Below are positions 44,164 to 55,129 of a stretch of DNA of 64,000 nucleotides, in pieces. Position numbers and translations under genes: made by a program. Origin of the DNA: a virus; IMG/VR virus record IMGVR_UViG_3300025117_000002, one strand, 5' to 3'. Each line of letters begins with the position of its first letter. Positions within the stretch are counted from its first letter, which is position 1. The notes under the pieces were generated by a model. The model was not told the DNA's origin. It ran no database searches and was given only the letters and a program-made list of their open reading frames with translations.

Positions 44164-45930
44164 TTAAACTGTCATTTTCGCTGGTTCAAGAGTACAAAGG
44201 ATTGTGATGTATGCAATCTCACCAACAGGGTGTGCTCTGAAGGATACATTCACATGGTCATAACCATCCCATTCGACCAGAAGACTGTCCCAAGCCGGAA
44301 GTACAGTTCTCTCATCGTAATCCCATACCTGAGTCAACACACCATTAGGATTCTGTGGTGTGCGTGTCAGGAGGTCAAGTTTTGCCGAAATTGCGTTTTT
44401 GATAGACAGCATGGCAAACATATCACCAACTCTGCCAATAAACGGTTTCGCAGTGTTACGAACTTCCTGACGTAGATAGTCATGGATACCCATTCCAGAC
44501 CATTTGCGATAAATCACATTGGCATCTTTCTGCCAAGTTGTGATGGACTGTACGATCTGATAGATACCATCTTCCTTCACAAAGCGAATAGGAGCTACAC
44601 CCTGTTGCAGAAGCTGTTCAACTTCAGAGTCTTTCAGGTATTTCTCCATCCCATGAGCTTTAACAGTTTTGAACGTGAGAGGAGTTTCAGGAGTACTACC
44701 AGCAGCCATACCAGCAACAGCAGCAGCTGTAAGGTACGGAGGAATCGTATCCAATAGACCAGTCAGAGCATTGACCCTTTTGATACCAGGATAAACAAGC
44801 ATAGCTCTCGGAGAACCCTGATTGATAGCTCTTGTGGTTGCCTGATCGACTGTCTCAGCAGCAGCACCACCAAAGACAAGTCTGCGCTCTCTACCAGTTT
44901 TCGGATCGGACTGAGTAGTACAATGAGCAATAGCAGCAGTATGAATAGCCTCACTGTCAGTAGCGCAGTAAACTATTTTAACATCTGTTTCAGCTTCCAA
45001 GAGAGCCAGAGCAGCAGTCCAGGCTGCTACATCAGGAGCAGAACCTTCAGAACCACCAGTAAAGTTTGCCCAGTTACTATTTGTAAAGTTTCCAGTAGGA
45101 GAAATACCGGCAGCAGCAGTACACAAAGAAGACCGAAGGTTTACCCAAGTGATAAGAGAACCAACTTCAGACGATGCTGTATACTGAGCTGTTTTAATAT
45201 CAACTTCAGTCATTGTGTCAAGCAGGATAGATGCCATGCTACCAGACCCGTACTTGTGTATATTGCATACAAGGTCTTGATGCGAGTCGAGAATCGTAAC
45301 CAGCTTAGCAATAGTATCTACTGAAGTATTGGTTACAGTATAGGTTACAAGAGGAACCCACGAACCTGTGTTAACTTCAATAAGCAATACTTTTGTACCA
45401 GTGTTAAAGCTCATTCTGGCAGCAGAAGCAGACCCTACATACTGAATCTGAAACACAGGACCGATATTGTCGTATACTTCAGAGATATCATCGGCCTGAT
45501 GGTTGATAGTGACCTTTCGGCCTACTACAGAACCAGATTCAATTTTCCGACGAAGGAAGTTAGTATGCTCACCATAGTCTTTGCCAGTAAGAGTTACCAG
45601 ACTTGTCATGTCAGAAGCTGCTCTAGCACAACCAGCGCCAGCAATACGAATAAAAGCTACTGTTCCAGCACCAGCCACGTCCGAACTCGGATCATACGCA
45701 AGCTCAGCAGCAGTTTTCAGATCGCCCCCACGAAGCAAGTTTACTGCATCCCGAAGGTTTACGACTCTTGTTACTACGTTTGGTGTCCCACCTTTGGCTT
45801 GACCAAGCATAGCCAGCACGTTAGCGGGAGATAGCCGGTTAGGTACCATGCTTGTCGCATCAACATCAGCATACGCACCAGGAATGATAATTCCCCGACC
45901 TCTGAAGTACACTCCTTTGTACACACTCAT
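44164..45930 (-). CDS. Contractile tail sheath protein
   Basis: 588 aa. N-terminus MSVYKGVYFRGRGIIIPGAYADVDATSM. The C-terminal domain and gene order (sheath, tube, chaperones, tape measure) are typical of myovirus sheaths. Confidence 0.75.
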   Translation of the reverse strand: MSVYKGVYFRGRGIIIPGAYADVDATSMVPNRLSPANVLAMLGQAKGGTPNVVTRVVNLRDAVNLLRGGDLKTAAELAYDPSSDVAGAGTVAFIRIAGAGCARAASDMTSLVTLTGKDYGEHTNFLRRKIESGSVVGRKVTINHQADDISEVYDNIGPVFQIQYVGSASAARMSFNTGTKVLLIEVNTGSWVPLVTYTVTNTSVDTIAKLVTILDSHQDLVCNIHKYGSGSMASILLDTMTEVDIKTAQYTASSEVGSLITWVNLRSSLCTAAAGISPTGNFTNSNWANFTGGSEGSAPDVAAWTAALALLEAETDVKIVYCATDSEAIHTAAIAHCTTQSDPKTGRERRLVFGGAAAETVDQATTRAINQGSPRAMLVYPGIKRVNALTGLLDTIPPYLTAAAVAGMAAGSTPETPLTFKTVKAHGMEKYLKDSEVEQLLQQGVAPIRFVKEDGIYQIVQSITTWQKDANVIYRKWSGMGIHDYLRQEVRNTAKPFIGRVGDMFAMLSIKNAISAKLDLLTRTPQNPNGVLTQVWDYDERTVLPAWDSLLVEWDGYDHVNVSFRAHPVGEIAYITILCTLEPAKMTV

Positions 45931-45934
45931 AGTT

Positions 45935-46177
45935 TTACTTTACCTCCCTCTTCCCAAATTTCTGTAGTTCGTTTTTCCATTCAGCTTCTGTTAGCCGTTT
46001 TCGACTATATTCATGTTTCATAGCCATTCCAATTAGATATTCAGAGTCTTTCAATATCGATACAAAATCAGACAGAGACATTCTTATAACTTCATCTCTT
46101 TGTATGCTCTGTGTTACTTCCACAGTCTTAACTTCTACCTCTTCCAATTTGACTTCCTCTTTCTTTTTTTCCATCAT
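45935..46177 (-). CDS. Hypothetical protein (80 aa)
   Basis: ORF-track frame just upstream of the sheath gene. Confidence 0.4.
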   Translation of the reverse strand: MMEKKKEEVKLEEVEVKTVEVTQSIQRDEVIRMSLSDFVSILKDSEYLIGMAMKHEYSRKRLTEAEWKNELQKFGKREVK

Positions 46178-46195
46178 TGTTTAGCTCCTTTATTT

Positions 46196-46810
46196 TTAGC
46201 TATTATATAAACTTAAATCGATGTTATTGATGTTTATCTCTTTTATCAAATGATCCTTACTTACTATCATAGTATCTATAACAGTAAAAGTAACGACAAA
46301 TGTTCTATAAAAGAACTCCTGTGGATATAATCGAGAGATAAGATCAAGCTCTTGCACGTTACAGTGTAAATCACTCATACCATACTGTTTAAAAGCTTCT
46401 TCATTCTGCTGGAGCAAATATCTGCATATACCAGCCAATGTATCACTGACAGTAGCGTTATCTGAAGCTGATACTATCCTACAGGTTTTATTATACAGCT
46501 TAGCCTCAAGTGTGCCTATTAAATCAGGTGCAATTTCATATCGCTCAGCCCAACCTATTGTTTCTTCATCAAAACGTTCGTCTCCAGGTGCCACGTAGAC
46601 AGAAGGAGATTGTACTGTTTCTACTGGGTATCCAGCTTTCACTTTAACAGGTTGTTTACTGTAGTATTCTATTAGTTGAGTTACATCTGAAGGCTTATAC
46701 ACATCTACCGGATAAATTTCAGGTATCAGTAGAGCTGCATCAGTATGTACTGTTACCAGTGTTTGCTGCAAAAAAGCTTGTACCAGCTTATTTACTAATA
46801 TAATACCCAT
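46196..46810 (-). CDS. Neck/tail-completion region protein (204 aa)
   Basis: Position only. Confidence 0.35.
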   Translation of the reverse strand: MGIILVNKLVQAFLQQTLVTVHTDAALLIPEIYPVDVYKPSDVTQLIEYYSKQPVKVKAGYPVETVQSPSVYVAPGDERFDEETIGWAERYEIAPDLIGTLEAKLYNKTCRIVSASDNATVSDTLAGICRYLLQQNEEAFKQYGMSDLHCNVQELDLISRLYPQEFFYRTFVVTFTVIDTMIVSKDHLIKEININNIDLSLYNS

Positions 46811-47250
46811 TATCCTTTACTCCATTCTATCTTAGCTTTTTCCCAAAAGTTATAAGGCAGTAAGCCGGGGTGAATCCAGCTCCCTGGTTTTGATTTAGAG
46901 CTTACAGTTCTTATGACTACAGTTTGCTGTGCTTCTCTAATAGGAACATTCAGATATCTGTTACCTGTTTTCGATACTTTTGCTTTAGGGCTTGCAAGCA
47001 TTCCTGGTTTCATGTCAAATGGATCAACGCCTGACTCTATAGCTGTAGCTAGCCAACCTTCAAGCCGAAAAGAAGCTTCCGTACCATGTATTACAACTGA
47101 GGTTAGAGCTGAGGTATAGATAGCTGCTGTTTCAGGAGATAGAGCCATATAAGCTAGTCTCATCATCTTTTTACGGATATCTTGAGCTGCTTGCTCCATC
47201 TGTCGAACACTAAGGCTGCCAGCATTACCAAACTCTAATGTTAGTTCCAT
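46810..47250 (-). CDS. Neck/head-tail joining region protein (146 aa)
   Basis: Position only, with 1-nt overlaps on both sides. Confidence 0.35.
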   Translation of the reverse strand: MELTLEFGNAGSLSVRQMEQAAQDIRKKMMRLAYMALSPETAAIYTSALTSVVIHGTEASFRLEGWLATAIESGVDPFDMKPGMLASPKAKVSKTGNRYLNVPIREAQQTVVIRTVSSKSKPGSWIHPGLLPYNFWEKAKIEWSKG

Positions 47251-47912
47251 TACACCATCTCGGAGTTCTTGACCTTAAATTCAAGTTTAGCTAAAGCTTT
47301 TACAGGTAATTCAACATGTTTGATAGTGGTTTGCTTTACTTTTGCCTGTGTTCCGCGTATGACGTTTGGAAAGTTGAGTATGATAAATACAGGATACGTA
47401 ATATAACGTATGCTAAAAGGCTCACGAACAGGCTTAAGCCAAGTAAATACACCATCAATAAAGCTGTAATCAGTATCCTCCACATAAACTTTATTAAAAC
47501 TCACAACCGATTCAACGTCAAGTAGTGGGTACCTGAACTTAGGTATAGTATGAAGGTCCAGTATTATTTCACTGTACACTATCTTACCATCTAATAGAGT
47601 AATCTTATCAGCAAAACCAAGCCTGTGCTTAGCGTTTGTAGTAATATACACTAAGCCAGTTGCTGTAACACCTTCCAGATCGAATAAGTAATCCTTACTC
47701 ATTCCTGTCATGATAGCTTTGATTCTTGCTGGCTCTCCTATGTAATATCTACCTGTGTTTCCGCAATGTGGACACATAAGTTGAGTCTCTCCAAGCTCAT
47801 TCGCACAAGGACAAATTTGTCCTTTATGGTGAAGCACAGAGTACCCTTTATCCTTTACCAGCTGTTCAAAGTCAACTACGTTAAAGTCAACTCTTTGGCT
47901 ATCTTTGCCCAT
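47250..47912 (-). CDS. Structural-region protein with a CxC...CxxC zinc motif (220 aa)
   Basis: ICPCANELGETQLMCPHCGNTG. The structural role is from position only. Confidence 0.35.
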   Translation of the reverse strand: MGKDSQRVDFNVVDFEQLVKDKGYSVLHHKGQICPCANELGETQLMCPHCGNTGRYYIGEPARIKAIMTGMSKDYLFDLEGVTATGLVYITTNAKHRLGFADKITLLDGKIVYSEIILDLHTIPKFRYPLLDVESVVSFNKVYVEDTDYSFIDGVFTWLKPVREPFSIRYITYPVFIILNFPNVIRGTQAKVKQTTIKHVELPVKALAKLEFKVKNSEMV

Positions 47913-47921
47913 AAATCACCT

Positions 47922-49130
47922 TTATACGCACATAAACGGTATTGGTCGCCAGTATTTCTGTATTACAGGAAGCTCCTGCTCTATCTCTTTCAAATACATT
48001 CGTAGCCTAGCACTGTAACCGGCGTTCTCAGCACTGTTTGTGGTATTAATAGATTGACTCAAACCATCAACACCGATGCTTTTACTGGCTATGGCAACAC
48101 CGCCAACCAAGTCACCAAGAATATTCAAAGGCATAAATGCTGCTTTTTTGCATATCAAAGCTCTCAGGTTGTAAGGTATTTCACCTTTAGCAAAGCCAGT
48201 TGTATAGCTCAATCGCCAGAAACCAGGAATGTTCTGAGCTTGACCATTTAGTATTGGAAGAATGCCGCCAGTGGAAGGAATCAGGAAGCTTGCAAAAGAG
48301 CTACCTCCAGGAACAAGATTGATTATTCCAGCTCTCTCTTTGAGTCTTACCCAATCCAGAGGAAATGTTATGTCATTACCATAATAACTACCTTTAATAG
48401 CAGTCACTTCACGCACAGGAAAACGTTTGGTTCTCAGATATATCCATTGCATATATTCATTTCGGATAAAATCAGCCATCTCGTTGGTTACTGTACGAGG
48501 TCTAATATCAATCCCTATTACCTGTTCCAACCAATCAAAGCCAGCTTTAATCCCTTCCCAGTAGACTCCTTCCGGTAAAGGATTTCCATTATCTTCGGTA
48601 AGGTCAAGACCGTATAGATAATTTTCTCTCAGGTACTGTGGAGTAATTTCTGTATCCAGACCAGAGGATATTATAGGAATACGGTTCCCTTCAATTCCAT
48701 TACGCGAATTATAGTAAGAGTAACTGTAAAATGTACTAGGGGTATGGGTAATGTCCTCATCTATGTATGTTGTTATGTTTCTTGTAACCATTATATCAAT
48801 AGTATCAAGTAGAGCATGCTGAGTGTAGTCAGCAGTTGTTCCAAAGTATATATTAAACTGATCGAACAAAGTTAAGGTTACTGGAGCATCTTCCTCGCAA
48901 ACATACTTTAGAGCAGGAACAACTTTAATCTGTTTGCTGTTAGTAACAGCATCTACCTCTAACATCAAAGCAGTAGGACTATTAATAGTTCCTACGACAA
49001 TTTTTGATCCTATGTTCAATCCTTCTGTAGAATTAAGATATAATATATCCGTGTTAGCTGCTACAGTTTTTGTGACCAAGAACTTAGCATAAGGTACAGT
49101 ATCAAATGCTGCCATTTGAACTAAATTCAT
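47922..49130 (-). CDS. Structural-region protein (402 aa), possible neck/adaptor
   Basis: ORF-track frame with an AAAGGGG SD. Position only. Confidence 0.35.
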   Translation of the reverse strand: MNLVQMAAFDTVPYAKFLVTKTVAANTDILYLNSTEGLNIGSKIVVGTINSPTALMLEVDAVTNSKQIKVVPALKYVCEEDAPVTLTLFDQFNIYFGTTADYTQHALLDTIDIMVTRNITTYIDEDITHTPSTFYSYSYYNSRNGIEGNRIPIISSGLDTEITPQYLRENYLYGLDLTEDNGNPLPEGVYWEGIKAGFDWLEQVIGIDIRPRTVTNEMADFIRNEYMQWIYLRTKRFPVREVTAIKGSYYGNDITFPLDWVRLKERAGIINLVPGGSSFASFLIPSTGGILPILNGQAQNIPGFWRLSYTTGFAKGEIPYNLRALICKKAAFMPLNILGDLVGGVAIASKSIGVDGLSQSINTTNSAENAGYSARLRMYLKEIEQELPVIQKYWRPIPFMCV

Positions 49131-49134
49131 GATT

Positions 49135-49458
49135 TTACCCCTTTATACCTTGTGGTTTAAGCTCTAGTTGCTCTTGAATAATCTCATCTTTGTATATTAG
49201 AGTTGCGCTTGCTACCTCAACTACTAAAATATAAGTTCCTATAGCTACATCTTCTGTAGCTGTTGGTGGAATTCTAAGCTCAAACTTTGTATTGTCTACT
49301 GACTTAGACATGTCTCCACTGGCTACTGTATTGTCTACAGTATGAATACCCAAGACTTTAACTATAGCCCACTTACCAGCCCAATCTCCTTCAAAACTAG
49401 GAACTTGTGGGGATGTAATATCCATCCCGAAGCTACACCCTTGCTTCATTCTTATCAT
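49135..49458 (-). CDS. Small beta-rich (Ig-like) structural-region protein (107 aa)
   Basis: Composition and position only. Confidence 0.35.
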   Translation of the reverse strand: MIRMKQGCSFGMDITSPQVPSFEGDWAGKWAIVKVLGIHTVDNTVASGDMSKSVDNTKFELRIPPTATEDVAIGTYILVVEVASATLIYKDEIIQEQLELKPQGIKG

Positions 49459-49658
49459 AGTATGTCCACCTCAAATGTAGTTTCTATTATCCTGTACTGA
49501 AAAGTATAAGGTACAACATAATCGAATGTCCTTAATACAGGATCAGGAAAGAACTCAGTTATTCTATCTACCAGACGAAAATTTATTTCCGTAGGAGTAT
49601 TTATAAACTCGCCACCCGCACCACTTACCTGATATAACCAATCTGGATATATACTCAT
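49455..49658 (-). CDS. Hypothetical protein (67 aa)
   Basis: ORF-track frame with ATGA overlaps. Confidence 0.35.
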   Translation of the reverse strand: MSIYPDWLYQVSGAGGEFINTPTEINFRLVDRITEFFPDPVLRTFDYVVPYTFQYRIIETTFEVDIL

Positions 49659-49858
49659 CTCTTGCTCTTTGTATTTAATATGTTGGCTACTATCTTTAGT
49701 ATAAGATGATTCACAATCTGGCTCAATTTATCTACTTGTTTAACCTTTCCCTGCTCATCTTCTCCGTATAATTTATAGTCAAAGGAGTCTACAGTATTAT
49801 CACTACTATAGACTCTTCTATTATCTTTGAGTACCTTGACTCGCATATTATGGTTCAC
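49655..49858 (-). CDS. Hypothetical protein (67 aa)
   Basis: ORF-track frame with overlaps on both sides. Confidence 0.35.
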   Translation of the reverse strand: MNHNMRVKVLKDNRRVYSSDNTVDSFDYKLYGEDEQGKVKQVDKLSQIVNHLILKIVANILNTKSKR

Positions 49859-50459
49859 TTCCTATCCTGGTCAATTTATCAGCGGATATATCGAACAACC
49901 ACAATGGAGTAATGCCATCGTCTTCATAAATTATAACAGACCTACCATCTCCTGAAACTACAGCTTTGTTTGTCTGCATCTTTCTACCTTTTGTAGCCTC
50001 AGTAAAGGCATTAGAAGCATTCAGAGAAGCTGAATTAGAGTATGTTACGGCATTACGAAGAAGTTGATCCTGTTCAGCAGAAAGCCCTGAGCCTGTAGAG
50101 GTAGTTACTATAGTCGAAGAAGCAGATTGTACTATTAGAACTTGTACTCCATCAGAGTAAGCTATAGTATCTCCATCCACTCCACCTACTAAGTTTCCTC
50201 CATAAATCCTAACAGTATATCCACCTTGAGCTGCGTCTGGAAACTTCAGCTGCCAACCCAACAAATTAAGAGTCATTCCAACAGCTATTCCACTTCCCAG
50301 GCTTTCTTTACCAGAAGCAGTGGCTATTGGCGGGTACAGGATACCTGCTTCAGAAGCTTCAATACTTCTAATGTCGTTTAGCAAAGCTTGAACATCTACA
50401 TCCACGGTATCTTGAGGAACATAGATGAACTTCTGTGCAAAATCATAAGCAAAAGCCAT
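49848..50459 (-). CDS. Structural-region protein (203 aa)
   Basis: ORF-track frame. No named motif. Confidence 0.35.
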   Translation of the reverse strand: MAFAYDFAQKFIYVPQDTVDVDVQALLNDIRSIEASEAGILYPPIATASGKESLGSGIAVGMTLNLLGWQLKFPDAAQGGYTVRIYGGNLVGGVDGDTIAYSDGVQVLIVQSASSTIVTTSTGSGLSAEQDQLLRNAVTYSNSASLNASNAFTEATKGRKMQTNKAVVSGDGRSVIIYEDDGITPLWLFDISADKLTRIGSEP

Positions 50460-50474
50460 CTTAAAGCCTCTATA

Positions 50475-51860
50475 TTATTGAACAATAGTGTCAGTAGTTC
50501 TAATAGCAGCCACAGTCAAACCTGCACTAGTTACTGTTCCAGTGTTCTCAAATGGGAGAATTGATTTTTTTCTTACTCTTGCTATCACATCAAAGTTAGA
50601 GACATAAGTAATAGCTGGACTTGAAATAGATGTGCTAGATGCTACATCGTCTATTATAGGTACATAACAAGCAGTACCTCCAGCATATTCAGATACAGCA
50701 GTCATACCTGAAAAAGTTTTTGTACCTCTATTCAAGCCAGTGTAAGTATAGCGGTCATCCCCTACTCGTAGTATTCCTGTAGTCGAAATATCAGCACCAA
50801 CTACCTCGTTAACAGTTACAGTTGTCGCAGTTCTCGAAGCGACTGTAAACTGAGATTTATTTATAGTTCCGGCAGAAGAACGAGCTACAAGCACTCTATC
50901 TCCTGATTGTACAGCTGACACTGTTACTGTCATCTGCACCGGAGGAGTTTTTGTAGTATTTGTTGCATCTATAAGAACTCTATTGTTTGGATCGCTAACA
51001 TTGGTCAGGTATATCCCTCTAGCTCCAAAGAACTTTCCGCCTGCAAATGTGCCAAAAGGAGACGCTTTAACTTCGGCATACGAAGCATTGGCTGATAGAT
51101 AAAAACGACCTTCAGTAGTTGTTCCGGTACCAACAGCACTTGTATTTTCTCTTCTTGTAATATACTTCAAATAAGTATACACATCAGCACAAGTATTACC
51201 GTTGCCATCTACAGTCACATCATAATCTTCATTTGTGCCATCACCATCCACATCAGCAGAAGCCACTCCAAAAGCTACAGTTACTCCTATTACAGACGCT
51301 CCTCCGCCATCCTCATTTGTATCCGGTGAAGTGGCTATAGGTACAGGGTTACGGCCACCTGTGGTAGGAGCTTGCAGCTTGAAATGATCGTATAAATCGG
51401 CATTGCCTACTGCGTTGTTTCGTACAAAAGCAGTAAGATACCTTGTGTCTATATCGGCTCCAGTAGCCCTCACTTTTATCAACTGATCGATATGTCCTGT
51501 AGTATACCCAGGAGCTGATGCTACAAGAGAACCATTCTGATACCAATAAACAACTGCATCTGCTTCAATAGTACCCAAAGTGTAAAAGTTAGCCCAAAGA
51601 TCATCAGTTTCATTTACTTTAATAGAACCTTGATACAAGTAACCAAGGTCAGTATCGGCATTAAATGTCCATCCATTGATAAGCTCGTACTCAGTAGGAG
51701 TGTTTGCTTTTATAGGTACGGTGTCATCCATTTGACCAGCATCATCAAATAAGTCCATAAGCCAGGAGTACAGAGCATTTACAGTGTAGCGTATGGTGCC
51801 AGTAGAATGACTGATCTTTTTAGTGGTGTAGTTTAAAGAGAAATCGTCAGAGATAGCCAT
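50475..51860 (-). CDS. Structural-region protein (461 aa)
   Basis: ORF-track frame. Thr/Gly/Val-rich beta composition typical of fibre or virion surface proteins. Confidence 0.4.
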   Translation of the reverse strand: MAISDDFSLNYTTKKISHSTGTIRYTVNALYSWLMDLFDDAGQMDDTVPIKANTPTEYELINGWTFNADTDLGYLYQGSIKVNETDDLWANFYTLGTIEADAVVYWYQNGSLVASAPGYTTGHIDQLIKVRATGADIDTRYLTAFVRNNAVGNADLYDHFKLQAPTTGGRNPVPIATSPDTNEDGGGASVIGVTVAFGVASADVDGDGTNEDYDVTVDGNGNTCADVYTYLKYITRRENTSAVGTGTTTEGRFYLSANASYAEVKASPFGTFAGGKFFGARGIYLTNVSDPNNRVLIDATNTTKTPPVQMTVTVSAVQSGDRVLVARSSAGTINKSQFTVASRTATTVTVNEVVGADISTTGILRVGDDRYTYTGLNRGTKTFSGMTAVSEYAGGTACYVPIIDDVASSTSISSPAITYVSNFDVIARVRKKSILPFENTGTVTSAGLTVAAIRTTDTIVQ

Positions 51861-51871
51861 GTTTCACTCCT

Positions 51872-54800
51872 TTAAGACGGAATTGGGTCTTGTACTTGTG
51901 AAATATATACATAAGCACCATCAGTTGTGAGGTTGCTATTTACCTCAAACGGAAGATACCTTGTTGATCCTGGTGAGTTATTTCTTACTCTTACTGTTAT
52001 TATCATACTCTCAGTAACTAGAAATCCAGAAAGAATTTGTGGGTTAGCTGAGGATACACCTGTAGCTAGTACATTAGATGGATTTGCTGCTTCAGCTATC
52101 CAGTACCTTGAACCAATTACTATATTAGCAAGAGTAATTGATACTCTTGTACCTGTTGAATCTATTATCTTACCGGAAAACGATCCTCCGTTACTCAAAG
52201 TAATAGTATTGGTAAGAGCAGATAGTATTTTTCCTTCCCCTGTTACAGCTGCACTATCTATTACAATGGAGTAGGTAGACGTATATGTTATACCATCAAT
52301 GGTACTAAAGAACTGGTCATAACTAAAGTTTTGTAACCAATTATATTGGCAGTAGTCATATAAGTCATAAATTGTATGAGCAGTTGAGACAGTAATAGTC
52401 TGTGTAATGTGATTTATGCTTATGCCTGCGTAAGCAGCCACTGTAGCTTCTACAGTTTCTGTAATATATGGATTTGTGGGTAAGTCAGTAATATCCATGA
52501 AGTATTCAAGACTTGTTTCATACAAGTCTTTTTGAATAGTGAAAGCTCTTTTACCGTATTTACCGTTACGTAGTACAAAATTTGACCATATAATATCAGC
52601 ATCCGTTCCGGTAGCATCAGTTTTTTGCATTAAACGTACCAGTAATTCTTTATAATTTTGAGTAGGTGAGATGAAATGTTCTAACTTCTGACTATCCGTA
52701 GTTGCTGAAGCACTGTCAGCAGCTACTGTTGTTCCATCATATGTTAGCTCCAAAGTTGGAAGCGTATGAACATTAGCGTAATATACGATACTTTGAATTT
52801 GAGTATCTATCGATAAATAAAATGAGTTTCCAACTACACTTCCTGTATTGATACGAAAATTTGTATCGTGTGTTTGTGTACTCTGCGTCGAGGTAGCTTT
52901 CAGTTTGTTAGGAGTTGTTTTGGTTGAAATATACTCTCCACGCGGAGTATACGTTCGGTAATCAGTTGTATCATTGTTATAATGCTTCACTTTCAGTATA
53001 AAATCAGGGTCAGTATTGGGTATTGTGTAAAAGTCTGTTGTTGGGGTAAAAAGACCAGTAGGTGAATCTAATAGAATATCTCCAGTGGCATCAGGGAAAA
53101 ATACAAAGTCTCTAGCATTGGCAACTTCATCTCCGAAAATGTTATCTTGTGCAATAACCTTGAAAGCTGAACCTTGTACTCCAAGAGCGGCTCCGCATTT
53201 ATTGAATCTGTTACCACTAAATTCTTTCAACTTGGAGGTATAAATGTTGATTGCGTAACTGTAACTGGTTGATGTTAAAGAAGACGAACCCCAAAAATCA
53301 TTGTCTTTGATTGTTGCATTGGTTCCTGATGCTTGTAAGATATAAAATCCATTTTGAAAGACGTTATTTCTAATAATAGCATTGTTACAAGTTGCCATCA
53401 AACTGTAGGACATATTTATGCCAACGCAATTTTGAACAATGAGTTGTCCACTAACACCAGCAGTATATGCTGGAATACCAGCATAGGGGGCAAGAAAGCA
53501 AGAATACACATATTCAATCAGGAACCCATTGAAAGATATGTTTGGATTACCAAGAGCCTGACTTGAACCAGCAGATGAATACACGGAATTGTGTCCAAAA
53601 TAATATTGCGAAACACCGTCAGTAGACACTGCTCCTCCACCGTTTCCGAATGAAAAAAATGTTTCGTCTATAAGACAACCTTTTATTTTTAAATTCGTCT
53701 GCCCTCTAAAGTAAAGTCCTGGCCTGTTTGTAGTATTACCTTCTATGGTCATTCCGTACTTGTATCTGACAACATAAGCTCCAGCCATACGCTTAGCAGT
53801 TGCAAGGTTTGGCGTGACTTGAATTGTTGATTTTTCCCCATCCCATGAAACGGCACTGACCGTATGCTTAGTATTTACGCCTGGACCAAAAGTATCCTGT
53901 TTGCCAATTGTTAAAATATCTCCTACTTCCACTGGCAAAGTTCCAGCAGTAACGTCTGTATCGCTGTAAATAGTATTAGCTCCGACTGCTGCATCTGCAT
54001 TGATGGTAAAGGTTTCGACTGTTGGAATTTCTCCGTAAGCGAAAATTGACATACCAGCACCACCAGCATATGCCGAAGTTCCGTTATAGATACCGCTCAA
54101 TGTTCCGACTGTTCTATTAGGAAAGCTGAGTTTACATTTTTGAGCATAAGGAATTGGAGTCGCTTCTGTGCCATACCTAATTCCGCTGTGGAATCCTAAT
54201 TGTAAAACACCATCGACAGCCAATGTGTAAGAAGTTAAAGGAGTTAAACAGATAAGATTTTCATTGAGAGACGATGTGGTGATTTGTGCAGCAGATTTAC
54301 AGATAATTAAGGCGTTTGCTTGAGCGGCATCTCCTGTACCAAGGACTCCCTTTAATGTCATGTTCTGATCGATGGTTGTTTGAGCACACAAAACCAAAGC
54401 GTCATTATCAGCTGCGGTCTGTGCAATATCTGAAATTTCCACATAAAAAGCATCGGTGGAATTAGAAGTTCTTAGTTGATGATTTCCAGTCGTGCCACCA
54501 GTTTGGTACACGGCATATCTCCAAGTACTTGCAACAGCTGTGACCGTATAACCAGTCCAAGTAAAATACAGAAAAATTGTGCTTACATTGTTTGTAGCAT
54601 TAGTAATTTCTGATGCTGTTTGCTCCTGCATTCCTCTAACCGACCACAGTGTATGTGTTCCAGATTGACTTCCAGTTGTGTTTATTGCTGTTCCTCCTGC
54701 GGTTGCAGAAAGCTGGAAAGTATTGGTTGATGAATTTACAACATAGTAAACTGTGTTTGCAGCAAGACCCCCAGGTAACGCTCCAGTTGTCGCAATAGAA

Positions 54801-55117
54801 ACTGCTTGACCATCGGAATATCCGTGAGAATTATAAGTAACAACTCCAGGAGAAGCTATGGTAATTGTGCAAGTGCCTTTGATTTCCTGTAGCGAAACAT
54901 TTAATGACCGATTTACAGTTCTTAAATTTGGACTAAGAGAAAGCACAACGCCCTGATTCTGCCTGCTTCCAGTAACGGGAGTAAACGGAATTACATGTGG
55001 AGAAGTACCAAGGCTTAAAACTGTCCCATGATTACAGCTCATATTATAAGCCTCAGCCTTCAAAAAACCATTTGTCGTTGATAGGCTGCAAGGTGCAATG
55101 TTTACAAGTACAGACAT
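51872..55117 (-). CDS. 1081-aa fibre/tailspike-like protein with a central right-handed beta-helix
   Basis: PbH1-like turns (NCVGINMSYSLMATCNNAIIRNNVFQNGFYILQASGTNATIKDNDFWGSS). The N-terminus has HGYSDGQAVSIATTGALPGGLAANTVYYVVNSSTNTFQLS, a motif common in phage fibre N-termini. Confidence 0.55.
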   Translation of the reverse strand: MSVLVNIAPCSLSTTNGFLKAEAYNMSCNHGTVLSLGTSPHVIPFTPVTGSRQNQGVVLSLSPNLRTVNRSLNVSLQEIKGTCTITIASPGVVTYNSHGYSDGQAVSIATTGALPGGLAANTVYYVVNSSTNTFQLSATAGGTAINTTGSQSGTHTLWSVRGMQEQTASEITNATNNVSTIFLYFTWTGYTVTAVASTWRYAVYQTGGTTGNHQLRTSNSTDAFYVEISDIAQTAADNDALVLCAQTTIDQNMTLKGVLGTGDAAQANALIICKSAAQITTSSLNENLICLTPLTSYTLAVDGVLQLGFHSGIRYGTEATPIPYAQKCKLSFPNRTVGTLSGIYNGTSAYAGGAGMSIFAYGEIPTVETFTINADAAVGANTIYSDTDVTAGTLPVEVGDILTIGKQDTFGPGVNTKHTVSAVSWDGEKSTIQVTPNLATAKRMAGAYVVRYKYGMTIEGNTTNRPGLYFRGQTNLKIKGCLIDETFFSFGNGGGAVSTDGVSQYYFGHNSVYSSAGSSQALGNPNISFNGFLIEYVYSCFLAPYAGIPAYTAGVSGQLIVQNCVGINMSYSLMATCNNAIIRNNVFQNGFYILQASGTNATIKDNDFWGSSSLTSTSYSYAINIYTSKLKEFSGNRFNKCGAALGVQGSAFKVIAQDNIFGDEVANARDFVFFPDATGDILLDSPTGLFTPTTDFYTIPNTDPDFILKVKHYNNDTTDYRTYTPRGEYISTKTTPNKLKATSTQSTQTHDTNFRINTGSVVGNSFYLSIDTQIQSIVYYANVHTLPTLELTYDGTTVAADSASATTDSQKLEHFISPTQNYKELLVRLMQKTDATGTDADIIWSNFVLRNGKYGKRAFTIQKDLYETSLEYFMDITDLPTNPYITETVEATVAAYAGISINHITQTITVSTAHTIYDLYDYCQYNWLQNFSYDQFFSTIDGITYTSTYSIVIDSAAVTGEGKILSALTNTITLSNGGSFSGKIIDSTGTRVSITLANIVIGSRYWIAEAANPSNVLATGVSSANPQILSGFLVTESMIITVRVRNNSPGSTRYLPFEVNSNLTTDGAYVYISQVQDPIPS

Positions 55118-55129
55118 GTTATCTGTCCT